Origin: Sedimentisphaerales bacterium
Lineage (GTDB): Bacteria > Planctomycetota > Phycisphaerae > Sedimentisphaerales > SM23-30
Assembly: GCA_963663805.2 (NCBI GenBank)
Contig: CAXXMR010000002.1
Coordinates: 64,001-128,000, forward strand
DNA length: 64,000 nucleotides
Direction of reading: 5' to 3'
Of this stretch, positions 50,998 through 60,452 are shown in pieces (position 1 is the first letter of the stretch; every line of letters starts with the position of its first letter). A program made the translations under genes and the position numbers. Under the pieces are notes generated by a model. That model saw nothing but the letters and a program-made list of their open reading frames with translations. It did no database searches and was not told the DNA's origin.

Positions 50998-52182
50998 TCA
51001 ATTCTGCTCTGCGTTCAACCAGAACGCTTGTGTTAGCTTGTCCAAATAACATTTCGTACTTTGTTGTCTTGAATATTTTTTTTCGGCTAGCTTTCTGGCT
51101 TCATACTTATGTGCTTTCAATATATCTGGTTCAGCAAAATAACTGCAAATTGTGGTGGCCAGCTTTTCCGGACTTCGCGGAGGTATATTTGTTCCGCAGG
51201 GATAATCTCTGACCAGGTCCGCCAGTTCTGTGTTATCTGCGGTGACCGCCAGCAAGGCGGCGCCCGCCGCCAGGGTATAATAAGTTTTGGATGGTATCGA
51301 AACACCTTCGTAACCTTCGTCCAGGCAGACAATGCAGCAGTCACTGGCAGCCAGGGAATAAGGCAAGTCCTCCCAGGGCTGCAAATCCAACAGGGTGAGA
51401 TTGTCAAGCTTCTTTTCGCGTACCATTTGTTCAACTTCCTGCTCCCTTGTGCCGCCTCCGATCAGCATAAAATGTACTTCGGGAGTATCACGCAGAAGCT
51501 CTGCCGCCCTGATTATGGATTCAATATCATGGGTTTTGCCAAAAGCTCCGCTGTAGGTAACAACCAGCTTGTCAACCAGGTTGTGTTTCCGCGCAAAAGG
51601 ATTTTCTGATTTTGGCAGAGGACGAATAAAATCCGTATCCGCCCAGTTGGGGATGACATCAATATTTACATTATCCTCGCGTTGTAAATGCCCGCGTAAG
51701 GTATCGGCCATGTGGCTGCCCAGGGTTATTACGCCTTCTGCGTTCAAAAGCGATTTTCGACTTCGGTTCCGCCAGAAACGGGAAATAAAACCGCCGGAGC
51801 GGATCTTATCCATGCGCTCCATGACATCCGGGTATATGTCATAGATCAGCAAGCCGTAGCGCAGGCCGAATAGGCGCTTCAAAAAAGGGGCTGCCAGCAT
51901 TACTAAAGGAGGGTTTGTGGTGATCAAAGCGGGCTTGTCGGTCCTTATTAGTTTGACTAATGATGAAAGTGTAAATATCCCCCAGCTCCAGATCCGCTTC
52001 CATGCGGTGGTCTTATCAAGTCTTTTGGCCCATGCAATTTTATACGGCACTTTGGATTCTGGGCTTATATCCGCCCATCCTGTTAATAATTCACATTCAA
52101 CTCCGGCATTAGACATATCCTCCAGCAGTTGACACATCAATGGCCCCGAAACCTGATTAACTACTAATAAACGCTGCTTCAT
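50998..52182 (-). CDS. GT4 glycosyltransferase
   Basis: TTNPP, DIYPD, IPNWAD, IPSKTY. Confidence 0.9.
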   Translation of the reverse strand: MKQRLLVVNQVSGPLMCQLLEDMSNAGVECELLTGWADISPESKVPYKIAWAKRLDKTTAWKRIWSWGIFTLSSLVKLIRTDKPALITTNPPLVMLAAPFLKRLFGLRYGLLIYDIYPDVMERMDKIRSGGFISRFWRNRSRKSLLNAEGVITLGSHMADTLRGHLQREDNVNIDVIPNWADTDFIRPLPKSENPFARKHNLVDKLVVTYSGAFGKTHDIESIIRAAELLRDTPEVHFMLIGGGTREQEVEQMVREKKLDNLTLLDLQPWEDLPYSLAASDCCIVCLDEGYEGVSIPSKTYYTLAAGAALLAVTADNTELADLVRDYPCGTNIPPRSPEKLATTICSYFAEPDILKAHKYEARKLAEKKYSRQQSTKCYLDKLTQAFWLNAEQN

Positions 52183-52231
52183 TTTTGCTGGAGTGAGATA
52201 TAAAATTAATATAGGGTTGTATTGATAGGTT

Positions 52232-52272
52232 GTACCCCAGCCGCCAGCATGATTGCCGACGGCTGAGGGTAC
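52232..52272 (-). terminator. Stem-loop downstream of the FN3 gene
   Basis: GTACCC-CAGCCG...CGGCTG-A-GGGTAC inverted repeat 10 bp after the stop; no clear U-tract. Confidence 0.45.
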
Positions 52273-52282
52273 GAATCTGGGT

Positions 52283-52891
52283 TTATAATACTGCCATGAC
52301 CGTATTGCTTGGTTCGCCGTCCCCGGCTTTGTTGGTTGCTACAATCCGATATTCTAGTTCTTTCCCGGTGGGTTGTTCGACCAGGGTGGCTTCGCTGACG
52401 ACCGCGGTGGCAACATCCTGCCAGGGGCCTTCCGGTCTTTCCCGCCGCATTACCTTATAAGCGGCTGGTTTGCCGCCGTCGGCGGGTTTTTTCCAGTCCA
52501 GGAATATCCAGCCCGCACCCTGCCGGGGAGCTTCCAGCAATCTTGTCTGGCCGGGTATCTGCAAGGCGGTCGCGGATTTTCGCCCGCCCCAGCCCAAGAG
52601 CTTAAGCTTGTCGTCATCAAAGTCGACCGTATTCTCGGCATACCTCAGATCGCTTTTCATGGCTTCAACGAGTTCATCCAGGGCCGCGTCTTTGTCTGCG
52701 GTGGCCTGTTCCGCCGCGGCCTGGGCGGCTATCAGGGCGTTTTTGACGCTAAGATAAGTCGTTTGGCATACAGTCAGATCGACGGGTTCTACCGGCGGGG
52801 AAGGATAAATCCCGATATTGTCCGTCAGTCCGTTTACCAGTGCTTCTGCCAGTGCCACAATGTCAGCTTCTGTCTTGGGGAATCTTGCCAT
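52283..52891 (-). CDS. Signal-peptide-less protein with helical N-terminus and C-terminal fibronectin type III domain
   Basis: LDWKKP.DGG...Y.V....YRIVATNKAGDGEPS FN3 signature; GGAAGGA RBS. Confidence 0.85.
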   Translation of the reverse strand: MARFPKTEADIVALAEALVNGLTDNIGIYPSPPVEPVDLTVCQTTYLSVKNALIAAQAAAEQATADKDAALDELVEAMKSDLRYAENTVDFDDDKLKLLGWGGRKSATALQIPGQTRLLEAPRQGAGWIFLDWKKPADGGKPAAYKVMRRERPEGPWQDVATAVVSEATLVEQPTGKELEYRIVATNKAGDGEPSNTVMAVL

Positions 52892-53040
52892 AATCTACTT
52901 CCTTCCATTAAAAAAGAGTTAAACTATTAGCCCCGGCTACCGTTATGCCGGGTTTTGATCGCCGATTTTGTGGCCGTGTGCCAAAAATTAGATAAGTCCT
53001 TGTAAGTAATAGATTTAAGCCGGTCCTGGCTCGTTTGCTC

Positions 53041-53271
53041 TGCCTCGGAGTAAGCTTACTTTGTCACAGGTCACGTCTGCTTTACCTCGGAGTAAGCTTA
53101 CTTTACCACAGGTCACGTCTGCTTTGCCACGGAGTAAGCTTACTTTACCACAGGTCACGTCTGCTCTGCCTCGGAGTAAGCTTACTTTACCGCAGGTTAT
53201 GCTTACTTTACCTCGGAGTAAGCTTACCTTATCACAGGTTACGCTTACTTTGTCACGGGTAAAATTTGCCT
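53041..53271. repeat. Tandem array of ~11 x 21-bp units, alternating A/B (42-bp higher-order period)
   Basis: A = t(g/a)cctcggagtaagcttactt, containing palindrome AGTAAGCTTACT; B = t(a/g)(c/t)cacaggtcacgtctgctt. Confidence 0.9.
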
Positions 53272-53289
53272 TATCACATAGAATAAGTA

Positions 53290-53649
53290 TCAATCGCTTT
53301 GTGCTATTATTTCTGTGATTCGCTTTGCGGCCTTACCGTCCCAGAATTCAGGAATTCGGCCGCTGAGATTGAAACCTGCCGACTTGATTTGTTCATAGTT
53401 CGCCAGAATATCAGTCGTGGTGATATGCACTTTCTCGTCTGCCACACCTTCATTTTTGAGATTATCAAGCCCCGATTGTTCCGTCACAAACAGGAGGTCG
53501 CTGATCCGATCAGTCAGAACACGATTAATCTCTTTGGGCATATTCATATCAAAACTCCGCAGGCCCGCCTCCACATGAATAAGCTTAACGCCCATCTTTA
53601 CCGCCACCAGCCCGCAGGCGATAGTGCTGTTCACATCACCGACAACCAT
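53290..53649 (-). pseudogene. wecB: UDP-GlcNAc 2-epimerase remnant (5'-truncated with internal deletion)
   Basis: VVGDVNST, HVEAGLRSFD, EINR, then a jump directly to C-terminal PEFWDGKAAKRI; 119 aa versus roughly 360 aa for intact family members. Confidence 0.85.
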
Positions 53650-53738
53650 TTCCCAAAGCCGTGTATTTAAGTAGATGTCGTTGCCGTTTAAAATCCGCGT
53701 AATCCGCTGCCAAATATTGTCGTTGTTTGTGCTGCTTT

Positions 53739-54740
53739 TTATCTATGTTCTTGCAGAATCTTTTCCTGCTGAGCGATTTTCATATCCGAATCGGTCATCA
53801 TCTGGGCCAATTGTTTGAAGGTAACCTTCGGTTCCCAGCCCAGAATTTTCTTGGCTTTACTGCAATCGCCCAGCAGCAAATCAACTTCGGTTGGACGATA
53901 GTAACGCGGGTCAATCTCCACATATTTATTCCAGTCTAAATCGAGATGACCAAATACCTCATCCAGAAATTCCCGCACCGAATGAGTTTCACCCGTAGAA
54001 ACCACATAATCATCCGCCTTATCCTGCTGCAACATCAGCCACATCGCTTCCACATAATCACCCGCGAAGCCCCAATCCCGCTTGGCGTCCAGATTACCCA
54101 GATAAAGCTTGTTCTGCAAACCCAGTTTGATTCTCGTTGCCGCACGCGTAATCTTTCGAGTCACAAAAGTTTCACCGCGTCGGGGAGATTCATGATTGAA
54201 GAGAATACCGTTACAGGTAAACATATTATAAGCCTCACGATGATTTACCGTCTGCCAGAAGCTGTAAACCTTCGCACAGCCATAAGGACTCCGCGGATAA
54301 AAAGGGGTCTCTTCGGTCTGAGGGGTTTCCAAAACCTTGCCGAACATTTCACTGCTCGAGGCCTGATAAAACCGCGGCGGACGCGCCATAGTGCGAATCG
54401 CCTCCAGCAACCGCAGCGTACCCAATGCGTCAACATTAACCGTATATATCGGCTGGTCAAAACTTACCCGAACATGACTCTGGGCTGCCAGATTATAAAC
54501 CTCGTCCGGATTAATATCGTTAAGTATCTGGTTCAGGTTCCCGCCGTCAGTAAGATCGCCGTAGATTAACTTCAACGCCGGCTTGTTATGCGGATCATCA
54601 TAAAGATGGTCAATCCGCTCGGTATTGAACGATGAACTCCGCCGAATCAAACCATGAACCTCATAACCTTTTTCCAGCAGCAATTCCGCTAGATAAGAAC
54701 CATCCTGACCCGTTATGCCTGTTATCAACGCTCTTTTCAT
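53739..54740 (-). CDS. gmd: GDP-mannose 4,6-dehydratase
   Basis: [46 protein letters not shown]. Confidence 0.97.
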   Translation of the reverse strand: MKRALITGITGQDGSYLAELLLEKGYEVHGLIRRSSSFNTERIDHLYDDPHNKPALKLIYGDLTDGGNLNQILNDINPDEVYNLAAQSHVRVSFDQPIYTVNVDALGTLRLLEAIRTMARPPRFYQASSSEMFGKVLETPQTEETPFYPRSPYGCAKVYSFWQTVNHREAYNMFTCNGILFNHESPRRGETFVTRKITRAATRIKLGLQNKLYLGNLDAKRDWGFAGDYVEAMWLMLQQDKADDYVVSTGETHSVREFLDEVFGHLDLDWNKYVEIDPRYYRPTEVDLLLGDCSKAKKILGWEPKVTFKQLAQMMTDSDMKIAQQEKILQEHR

Positions 54741-54751
54741 TTATTACCTCG

Positions 54752-55732
54752 TCAATTCTTGAAACTGTCTTGCCTTGCCAGAAAATCCTGATAAGCCCGC
54801 CCAATTCCTTCCTCCAGGCCAATCTCTGGTTTCCAGCCCAATGAAAATATCCGCGAACTGTCCATCAGCTTCTTGGGAGTACCGTCAGGTTTGGTCGTAT
54901 CCCAAATCAGCTTACCTGTAAAGCCAACTATCCGGGCTACCGTCTCCGCCAGCTCTTTGATTGTCATATCACACCCGCTGCCGATATTCACCAGCGGAGC
55001 AACATCTTCATGCCCTACAAATTTACTGAATCTTTCATCATCCATATTCAGCAAAAACACACAGCCCGCCGCCAAATCCTGATTAAACAAAAATTCCCGA
55101 TAAGGACTGCCCGTCCCCCATAACGTAACTGAATCCCGGCCCGCTTCCTTCGCTTCGTGCATTTTCCGAATCATTGCCGGCATGACATGCGAATTCTGCA
55201 AATCATAATTATCACCCGGCCCATATAGATTCGTCGGCATCGCCGCGATATACCGTGTTTTATATTGACGATTGTAAGACCAGCACTGCTCGATCCCGCC
55301 AATTTTAGCTATGGCGTAAGGCCGATTCGTCGGCTCCAGATAGCCGCTGAGCAGATGTTCTTCTTTCATAGGCTGCGGTGCCATCTTCGGATAGATGCAC
55401 GATGAACCTAAAAACAGCAGTCGTTTAACCCCAGCCAGATAAGCACTGTGAATTATGTTACACTGAATCATCATGTTCTCAAAATAGAACTGAGCCGGAT
55501 AGGTGTTGTTCGCGATAATCCCGCCCACCTTGGCCGCCGCCAGAAAAACATATTCCGGTTTGTTGGCCTCAAAAAACTCACGCGCCTCAGCCTGAACAGT
55601 CATGTCAACACCCGGAAACTCCGACGTGACAATATTCTCATAACCCAGCTCAGCCAACCGACGATAAATCGCCCCGCCCACCAAACCAGTATGCCCCGCT
55701 ACATATATCTTCGCTTCTTTGTCCATAAACAT
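54752..55732 (-). CDS. fcl: GDP-L-fucose synthase
   Basis: VAGHTGLVG, AAAKVGGI, LGSSCIYPK, YAIAK, PTNLYGP, KPDG. Confidence 0.95.
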   Translation of the reverse strand: MFMDKEAKIYVAGHTGLVGGAIYRRLAELGYENIVTSEFPGVDMTVQAEAREFFEANKPEYVFLAAAKVGGIIANNTYPAQFYFENMMIQCNIIHSAYLAGVKRLLFLGSSCIYPKMAPQPMKEEHLLSGYLEPTNRPYAIAKIGGIEQCWSYNRQYKTRYIAAMPTNLYGPGDNYDLQNSHVMPAMIRKMHEAKEAGRDSVTLWGTGSPYREFLFNQDLAAGCVFLLNMDDERFSKFVGHEDVAPLVNIGSGCDMTIKELAETVARIVGFTGKLIWDTTKPDGTPKKLMDSSRIFSLGWKPEIGLEEGIGRAYQDFLARQDSFKN

Positions 55733-55734
55733 AA

Positions 55735-56787
55735 TTATACCCCGTAAAACTCCCGATACCACTTAACAAACCGGGCGATACCTTCCTCAATCGGCGTATC
55801 TGGTTTGTAATCCAAATCTTCGCAAAGGTCCCTAACATCCGCCCAGGTTGCCGGCACATCGCCCATCTGCAGCGGCAGCATGTTCTTCTCGGCCTTCTTG
55901 CCAACGGCCTTTTCGATAGCCTCAATAAAACTCATCAACAGCACCGGCGAAGAATTACCAATATTATAAACCTTATACGGCGCCTTCGAACACGACGGGT
56001 CCGTCTCCGCCCCGCTCCATTTGGGATTACCCGCCGCCGGATTATCTATCACCCGCACCACCCCTTCAACAATATCATCGATATAAGTAAAATCGCGTTT
56101 CATTTCCCCATAGTTAAACACATCGATAGGCTTATCTTCCAGAATCGCTTTCGTAAATAAAAATAACGCCATGTCAGGCCGTCCCCACGGACCATAAACC
56201 GTAAAGAACCGCAGCCCTGTCGTCGGCAGCCCAAACAAATGACTGTAGCAATGTGCCATCAGTTCATTACTCTTTTTGCTCGCCGCGTACAAACTCACCG
56301 GATGGTCCACATTATCCGAAGTCGAAAACGGCATCGCCTCGTTCAGCCCATAAACGCTCGAACTGCTCGCATACGCCAGATGCTCCACCTCATTATGCCG
56401 ACACCCTTCCAGAATATTCACAAACCCCACCAGATTCGCGCTCACATAAGCCTGCGGATTCACCAGGCTGTACCGCACCCCCGCCTGAGCCGCCAGATTG
56501 CATACCCGGTCAAACTTCTCCGCCGCGAACAGCTTATCCAGATTCTCCTTATCCTCCAGCTGCATCTGCACAAAACGATAATTCGGATACTTCCCGCTGC
56601 TCAGTACCTTATTATACTCCAAAGCACCCGCGTCAATCCCGCACCGCTCCAGCCGACCCTGCTTGACCCGAACATCATAATAATCATTAACACTGTCCAG
56701 CCCCACCACCTCGTCACCCCGCTCCAGAAGCCGAACCGCCAAATGATAACCAATAAACCCCGCCGTACCCGTCACTAATATTTTCAT
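55735..56787 (-). CDS. NAD-dependent epimerase (UDP-glucuronate 4-epimerase, CapI/WcaG-like)
   Basis: GTAGFIG, LAAQAGVRYS, YAASK, RFFTVYGPWGRPDMA. Confidence 0.92.
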   Translation of the reverse strand: MKILVTGTAGFIGYHLAVRLLERGDEVVGLDSVNDYYDVRVKQGRLERCGIDAGALEYNKVLSSGKYPNYRFVQMQLEDKENLDKLFAAEKFDRVCNLAAQAGVRYSLVNPQAYVSANLVGFVNILEGCRHNEVEHLAYASSSSVYGLNEAMPFSTSDNVDHPVSLYAASKKSNELMAHCYSHLFGLPTTGLRFFTVYGPWGRPDMALFLFTKAILEDKPIDVFNYGEMKRDFTYIDDIVEGVVRVIDNPAAGNPKWSGAETDPSCSKAPYKVYNIGNSSPVLLMSFIEAIEKAVGKKAEKNMLPLQMGDVPATWADVRDLCEDLDYKPDTPIEEGIARFVKWYREFYGV

Positions 56788-56790
56788 CTT

Positions 56791-57186
56791 TTAACCTAAA
56801 CTCTCTAAAGCACGTTTAGACTCAGAAATAAACGATTCTGCCTTGCCAATGATTTCCAATGTCTGTTCTCTGGATATTTCAACAAACTCTCGATAGTCAC
56901 AACGTTGCCGTAATTCAAATGCCTCGCGAAAATGTCGCCCAGACTCAACCGAAATCTCACCGGTCTTAACAAAATTCTGACTAAAAAGACTCAGAACTCC
57001 GCTATGTTTACTGCTGCCCAGATGTTTAGCTGCCAGCAAACCCAATCCGCAATAGAACATCGCGTAATAAGCACGATTCACCGCATCCCGAAAATGACCT
57101 GACTCGCATAACTCCTTAGCCACAGCCAGGGTTTCCTGAGACTGCTCAAATCGATATTTAATCAGCTTATTTAGGTTTTCTGTCAT
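56791..57186 (-). CDS. HEPN-domain protein (MNT-HEPN pair)
   Basis: AVNRAYYAMF, KHSGV, LRQRCDY. Start ATG 57186 overlaps the MNT stop. Confidence 0.85.
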   Translation of the reverse strand: MTENLNKLIKYRFEQSQETLAVAKELCESGHFRDAVNRAYYAMFYCGLGLLAAKHLGSSKHSGVLSLFSQNFVKTGEISVESGRHFREAFELRQRCDYREFVEISREQTLEIIGKAESFISESKRALESLG

Positions 57187-57506
57187 AAAGCCAGACCATA
57201 TTTCCTGACATTCATAACCAGAGGGGATTCTCCCAGTGGCCCATCTTTTAGTTCCGAAGTGCTGTAGCACGCTACGGAAAAAACTCTGCCATACTTCAGC
57301 TCTGCTTGGAAGCAAAGGGAGATGATTTCCTTTTCAATTTCCCAGTTTACTTCAGGCAGAACCACAAAAATGTCAATGTCAGAATATTCATCCATTTCAT
57401 CCCGTGCCGCCGAGCCATACAGAATAACTTCAGCGGCGTGAAAGCGTTGATATAACGACTTCGACAAGTCGGCCAACCCCTGCTTTTCTTCACTGGTAAG
57501 ATTCAT
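57183..57506 (-). CDS. Minimal nucleotidyltransferase (MNT)
   Basis: LYGSAARDEMDEYSDID = GS-x10-DxD; start ATG 57506. Confidence 0.88.
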   Translation of the reverse strand: MNLTSEEKQGLADLSKSLYQRFHAAEVILYGSAARDEMDEYSDIDIFVVLPEVNWEIEKEIISLCFQAELKYGRVFSVACYSTSELKDGPLGESPLVMNVRKYGLAL

Positions 57507-57513
57507 GTCTAAC

Positions 57514-58833
57514 CTACGCCACTCCCTCTGGCCTGCCAATGCAATGATACTCAATCCCCTGCTTCTTAACATAAGCCGGACTATAAAGATTACGCCCATC
57601 AAAAATCACCGGCCGCTTCAGCCGTTTGACAATCTGCTCAAAATCAGGACTGCGGAACTCCTGCCATTCCGTAAATATCATCAGGCCATCCGCGCCGTCC
57701 AGAGCTTCGTAACTTTCCGGGAAAGTTTCTATCTTGCCCGCCAGTTCCGCCGAAGCGTTAGCCATCGCTTCGGGGTCATAAGCCCGAACCTTTATGCCCG
57801 ACGCCAGAAACTTCTCGATGCACCGCAACGCCGGCGACTCCCGCACATCATCCGTCCGCGCCTTAAACGCCAGACCCCACACCGCTAAAACCACTTCTTC
57901 CGATTTGCCCGCGTAATAATCCAGCACCCGCTGAGCGAATCTATCCTGCTGAGTCAGGTTGGCCTGCTGCACCGAACGAACTATAGTCATATCAATCTGC
58001 GTCTGCTCCCCCATATAAATCAACGCCCGCACATCCTTCGGGAAACAACTGCCCCCGTACCCCACGCTCGGAAACAAAAACGAATTACCAATCCGCGAAT
58101 CACTGCCCATGCCGACCCGAACCTTGTCCACGTCCGCGCCGTAAGCGTCGCACAATTGCGAAATTTCGTTCATAAACGAAATCCGCGTCGCCAGCATCGA
58201 GTTCGCCGCATACTTAGCCATCTCCGCCGAAGCCGGGTCCATAAACAAAATACGACTGCCCTTCATCATAAAGGGAGCGTATATCTGCTTCATGATCTCC
58301 ATGACCGCCGGATTGGTCGTCCCTATAATTACCCGGTCCGGCTTCATGAAATCTTCCACCGCCGAACCTTCTTTCAGGAATTCCGGGTTGCTCACATAAT
58401 CAAACGGATGCGAAGTTTTCGACAGCACCAAATCCGAAACTTTACGATGTGTCCCCACCGGCACTGTGCTTTTGGTAACCAGAATGCGATACCCGTCCAT
58501 CAACTCCGCTACATCGCCCGCGACTTTCAGAATCGCCGATATATCTGCCGAACCATCCGCCGCCGAAGGGGTACCTACCGCCAGAAATACCAGCAACGAA
58601 TTATCCACGCCTTCTTGCAGGTCCGTAGTGAAAATCAGCCGGCCCGCCTTGTGATTATGCTTGACTATCTCGGTAAGACCGGGCTCGTAAATAGGTATCA
58701 CCCCATTTTTCAAACCCTCGATCTTCTTCTCGTCCAGGTCCACGCAGTAAACATGATTGCCGCCCTCGGCAAAACAAGCCGCCGCTACCAAACCAACATA
58801 ACCAACACCAACAACCGCTATCTTCATAATCAA
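57514..58833 (-). CDS. ugd: UDP-glucose 6-dehydrogenase
   Basis: GVGYVGL, KSTVPVGT, SNPEFLKEG, GYGGSCFPKD, GLAFKARTDDVRES. Confidence 0.93.
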   Translation of the reverse strand: MIMKIAVVGVGYVGLVAAACFAEGGNHVYCVDLDEKKIEGLKNGVIPIYEPGLTEIVKHNHKAGRLIFTTDLQEGVDNSLLVFLAVGTPSAADGSADISAILKVAGDVAELMDGYRILVTKSTVPVGTHRKVSDLVLSKTSHPFDYVSNPEFLKEGSAVEDFMKPDRVIIGTTNPAVMEIMKQIYAPFMMKGSRILFMDPASAEMAKYAANSMLATRISFMNEISQLCDAYGADVDKVRVGMGSDSRIGNSFLFPSVGYGGSCFPKDVRALIYMGEQTQIDMTIVRSVQQANLTQQDRFAQRVLDYYAGKSEEVVLAVWGLAFKARTDDVRESPALRCIEKFLASGIKVRAYDPEAMANASAELAGKIETFPESYEALDGADGLMIFTEWQEFRSPDFEQIVKRLKRPVIFDGRNLYSPAYVKKQGIEYHCIGRPEGVA

Positions 58834-58878
58834 ATTCTGTCGTTAATAATAAATTATTCTCGCCGAAGGCGAAACCAA

Positions 58879-58914
58879 GCCGTTCACTCTTGCCTAATGC
58901 CTCTTGCCTTCCTC
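58879..58914. repeat. GCCGTT-headed heptamer element (related copies at 60331-60373 and 61547-61590)
   Basis: gccgtt followed by units ctcttgc/ctcatcc/ctaatgc in three intergenic regions. Confidence 0.7.
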
Positions 58915-58916
58915 AA

Positions 58917-60254
58917 TCAAGCCTTAAATATCTTCTTGCGACCAACCTTAACATCCGCCGTGGCGTTACGCGTATCAATCACCAGCTTCGAGTTCTGTAC
59001 AATCCACTTGTAATCATAATCACTGTGGTCCGTCGCGATAACCACCACATCATACTTCTTCAAACCCGCCGCTGTCAGCTTCACGCTCTTCATCTTCAAA
59101 TCATATTCACGCTGCTTATGCGTCTGCGGAATATAAGGATCATTATAATCAACCTTCGCGCCCTTATTCCTGAACAACTCGATCAGCTCCAGAGAAGGCG
59201 ACTCCCGCACGTCATCAATATCTTTCTTGTACGCCAGCCCCAGAATCAAAACCTTGGAACCATTAATACTCTTCTTGCTCTCGTTCAACGCTTCCATCGT
59301 CCGGCTCACCACATAATGCGGCATATCCGTATTGATCTCACCCGCCAATTCGATAAAGCGGGTCGGCATCCCAAACTGACGAGCCTTCCACGTCAGGTAG
59401 AACGGGTCGATAGGAATGCAGTGACCGCCCAGACCCGGCCCCGGATAAAAAGGCTGAAAACCAAATGGCTTGCTCGACGCCCCTTTAACTACTTCCCACA
59501 CATCGATACCCATCCGGTCGAAAAGCATCTTTAGCTCATTTACCATCGCGATATTAACACAACGATAAACGTTTTCGACAATCTTAACCGCCTCAGCAGT
59601 TTCGCAACTGTCCACCGGGATAATCGTCTCAATCGCGTATTTATAAATATCCAACGCGACCTGCAAAGCCTTCTCATCATAACCGCCCACAACCTTGGGA
59701 ATCGTACGCGTATTATAGAACTTATTGCCCGGATCCTCACGTTCCGGCGAATAAGCCAGATGAAAATCCTTGCCCGCTTTCAAGCCCGAACCCGCCTCCA
59801 GAATCGGCAACATCAGCTCACGAGTCGTACCCGGATAAGTAGTACTCTCCAGCACAATCAACTGCCCTTTACGCATATTTTTCGAAATCGTCTTACACGT
59901 TTCTTCTACGTAGAACATGTCCGGCTCGCGATTAGCCGTCAAAGGCGTCGGCACGCAAATCAGCAAAGCGTCAGGCTTTCGCATCTGCTTCATATCAGTA
60001 GTGCCCTGATAGCGACCCGATTTGACCATGTTTTTGATATGCTCATGAGGAATATGTTTCAGCGGGCTTTTGCCGCTGTTGATACGCTTGACCGCGCTCT
60101 CGTTGACATCAAAACCCAGAACCTCAGCCCCGCCCGCCACAAATTCCCGCGCCAGAGGCAGACCGACATAACCCAGCCCCACAATACCTACCAGCGGAAC
60201 TTTACCAGCCGCGGCCACCCCGCACTTTCTCTTACTCATCTTATTCCCTTTCAT
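58917..60254 (-). CDS. UDP-N-acetylhexosamine 6-dehydrogenase (WbpA/WecC/TviB family)
   Basis: GLGYVGLPLA, CVPTP, ESTTYPGTT, SPEREDPGN, GLGGHCIPIDP. Confidence 0.92.
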   Translation of the reverse strand: MKGNKMSKRKCGVAAAGKVPLVGIVGLGYVGLPLAREFVAGGAEVLGFDVNESAVKRINSGKSPLKHIPHEHIKNMVKSGRYQGTTDMKQMRKPDALLICVPTPLTANREPDMFYVEETCKTISKNMRKGQLIVLESTTYPGTTRELMLPILEAGSGLKAGKDFHLAYSPEREDPGNKFYNTRTIPKVVGGYDEKALQVALDIYKYAIETIIPVDSCETAEAVKIVENVYRCVNIAMVNELKMLFDRMGIDVWEVVKGASSKPFGFQPFYPGPGLGGHCIPIDPFYLTWKARQFGMPTRFIELAGEINTDMPHYVVSRTMEALNESKKSINGSKVLILGLAYKKDIDDVRESPSLELIELFRNKGAKVDYNDPYIPQTHKQREYDLKMKSVKLTAAGLKKYDVVVIATDHSDYDYKWIVQNSKLVIDTRNATADVKVGRKKIFKA

Positions 60255-60452
60255 AAATTAGTCAAAAACATGATTCCCCCACCAATCAACATCTGTTACT
60301 CTATTTAACCACACAACCAACAGAAACCCCGCCGTTCACTCTTGCCTCATCCCTCACGTCTTCTTCCCTCCATCAGAGCCGCGCACGTTAGTAAGCGGTT
60401 GCCGTTCGCCGTTAAAAAAAAATCCTGTAATCCTGTCCCAAAATATTAGTCG

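Noticed and set aside
52962..52986. sigma54 promoter for the FN3 gene (minus-strand TTGGCAC)
   Set aside because: No GC at the -12 position (GG-N10-CA)
53041..53271. CRISPR array (palindromic 21-bp repeat with 21-bp spacers)
   Set aside because: The 'spacers' are near copies of each other and related to the repeat, the units are too short, and there are no cas genes
54632..60308. Long plus-strand ORFs (e.g. 58156..59013, 58890..59534, 56239..56778)
   Set aside because: Antisense shadows of well-conserved minus-strand sugar genes
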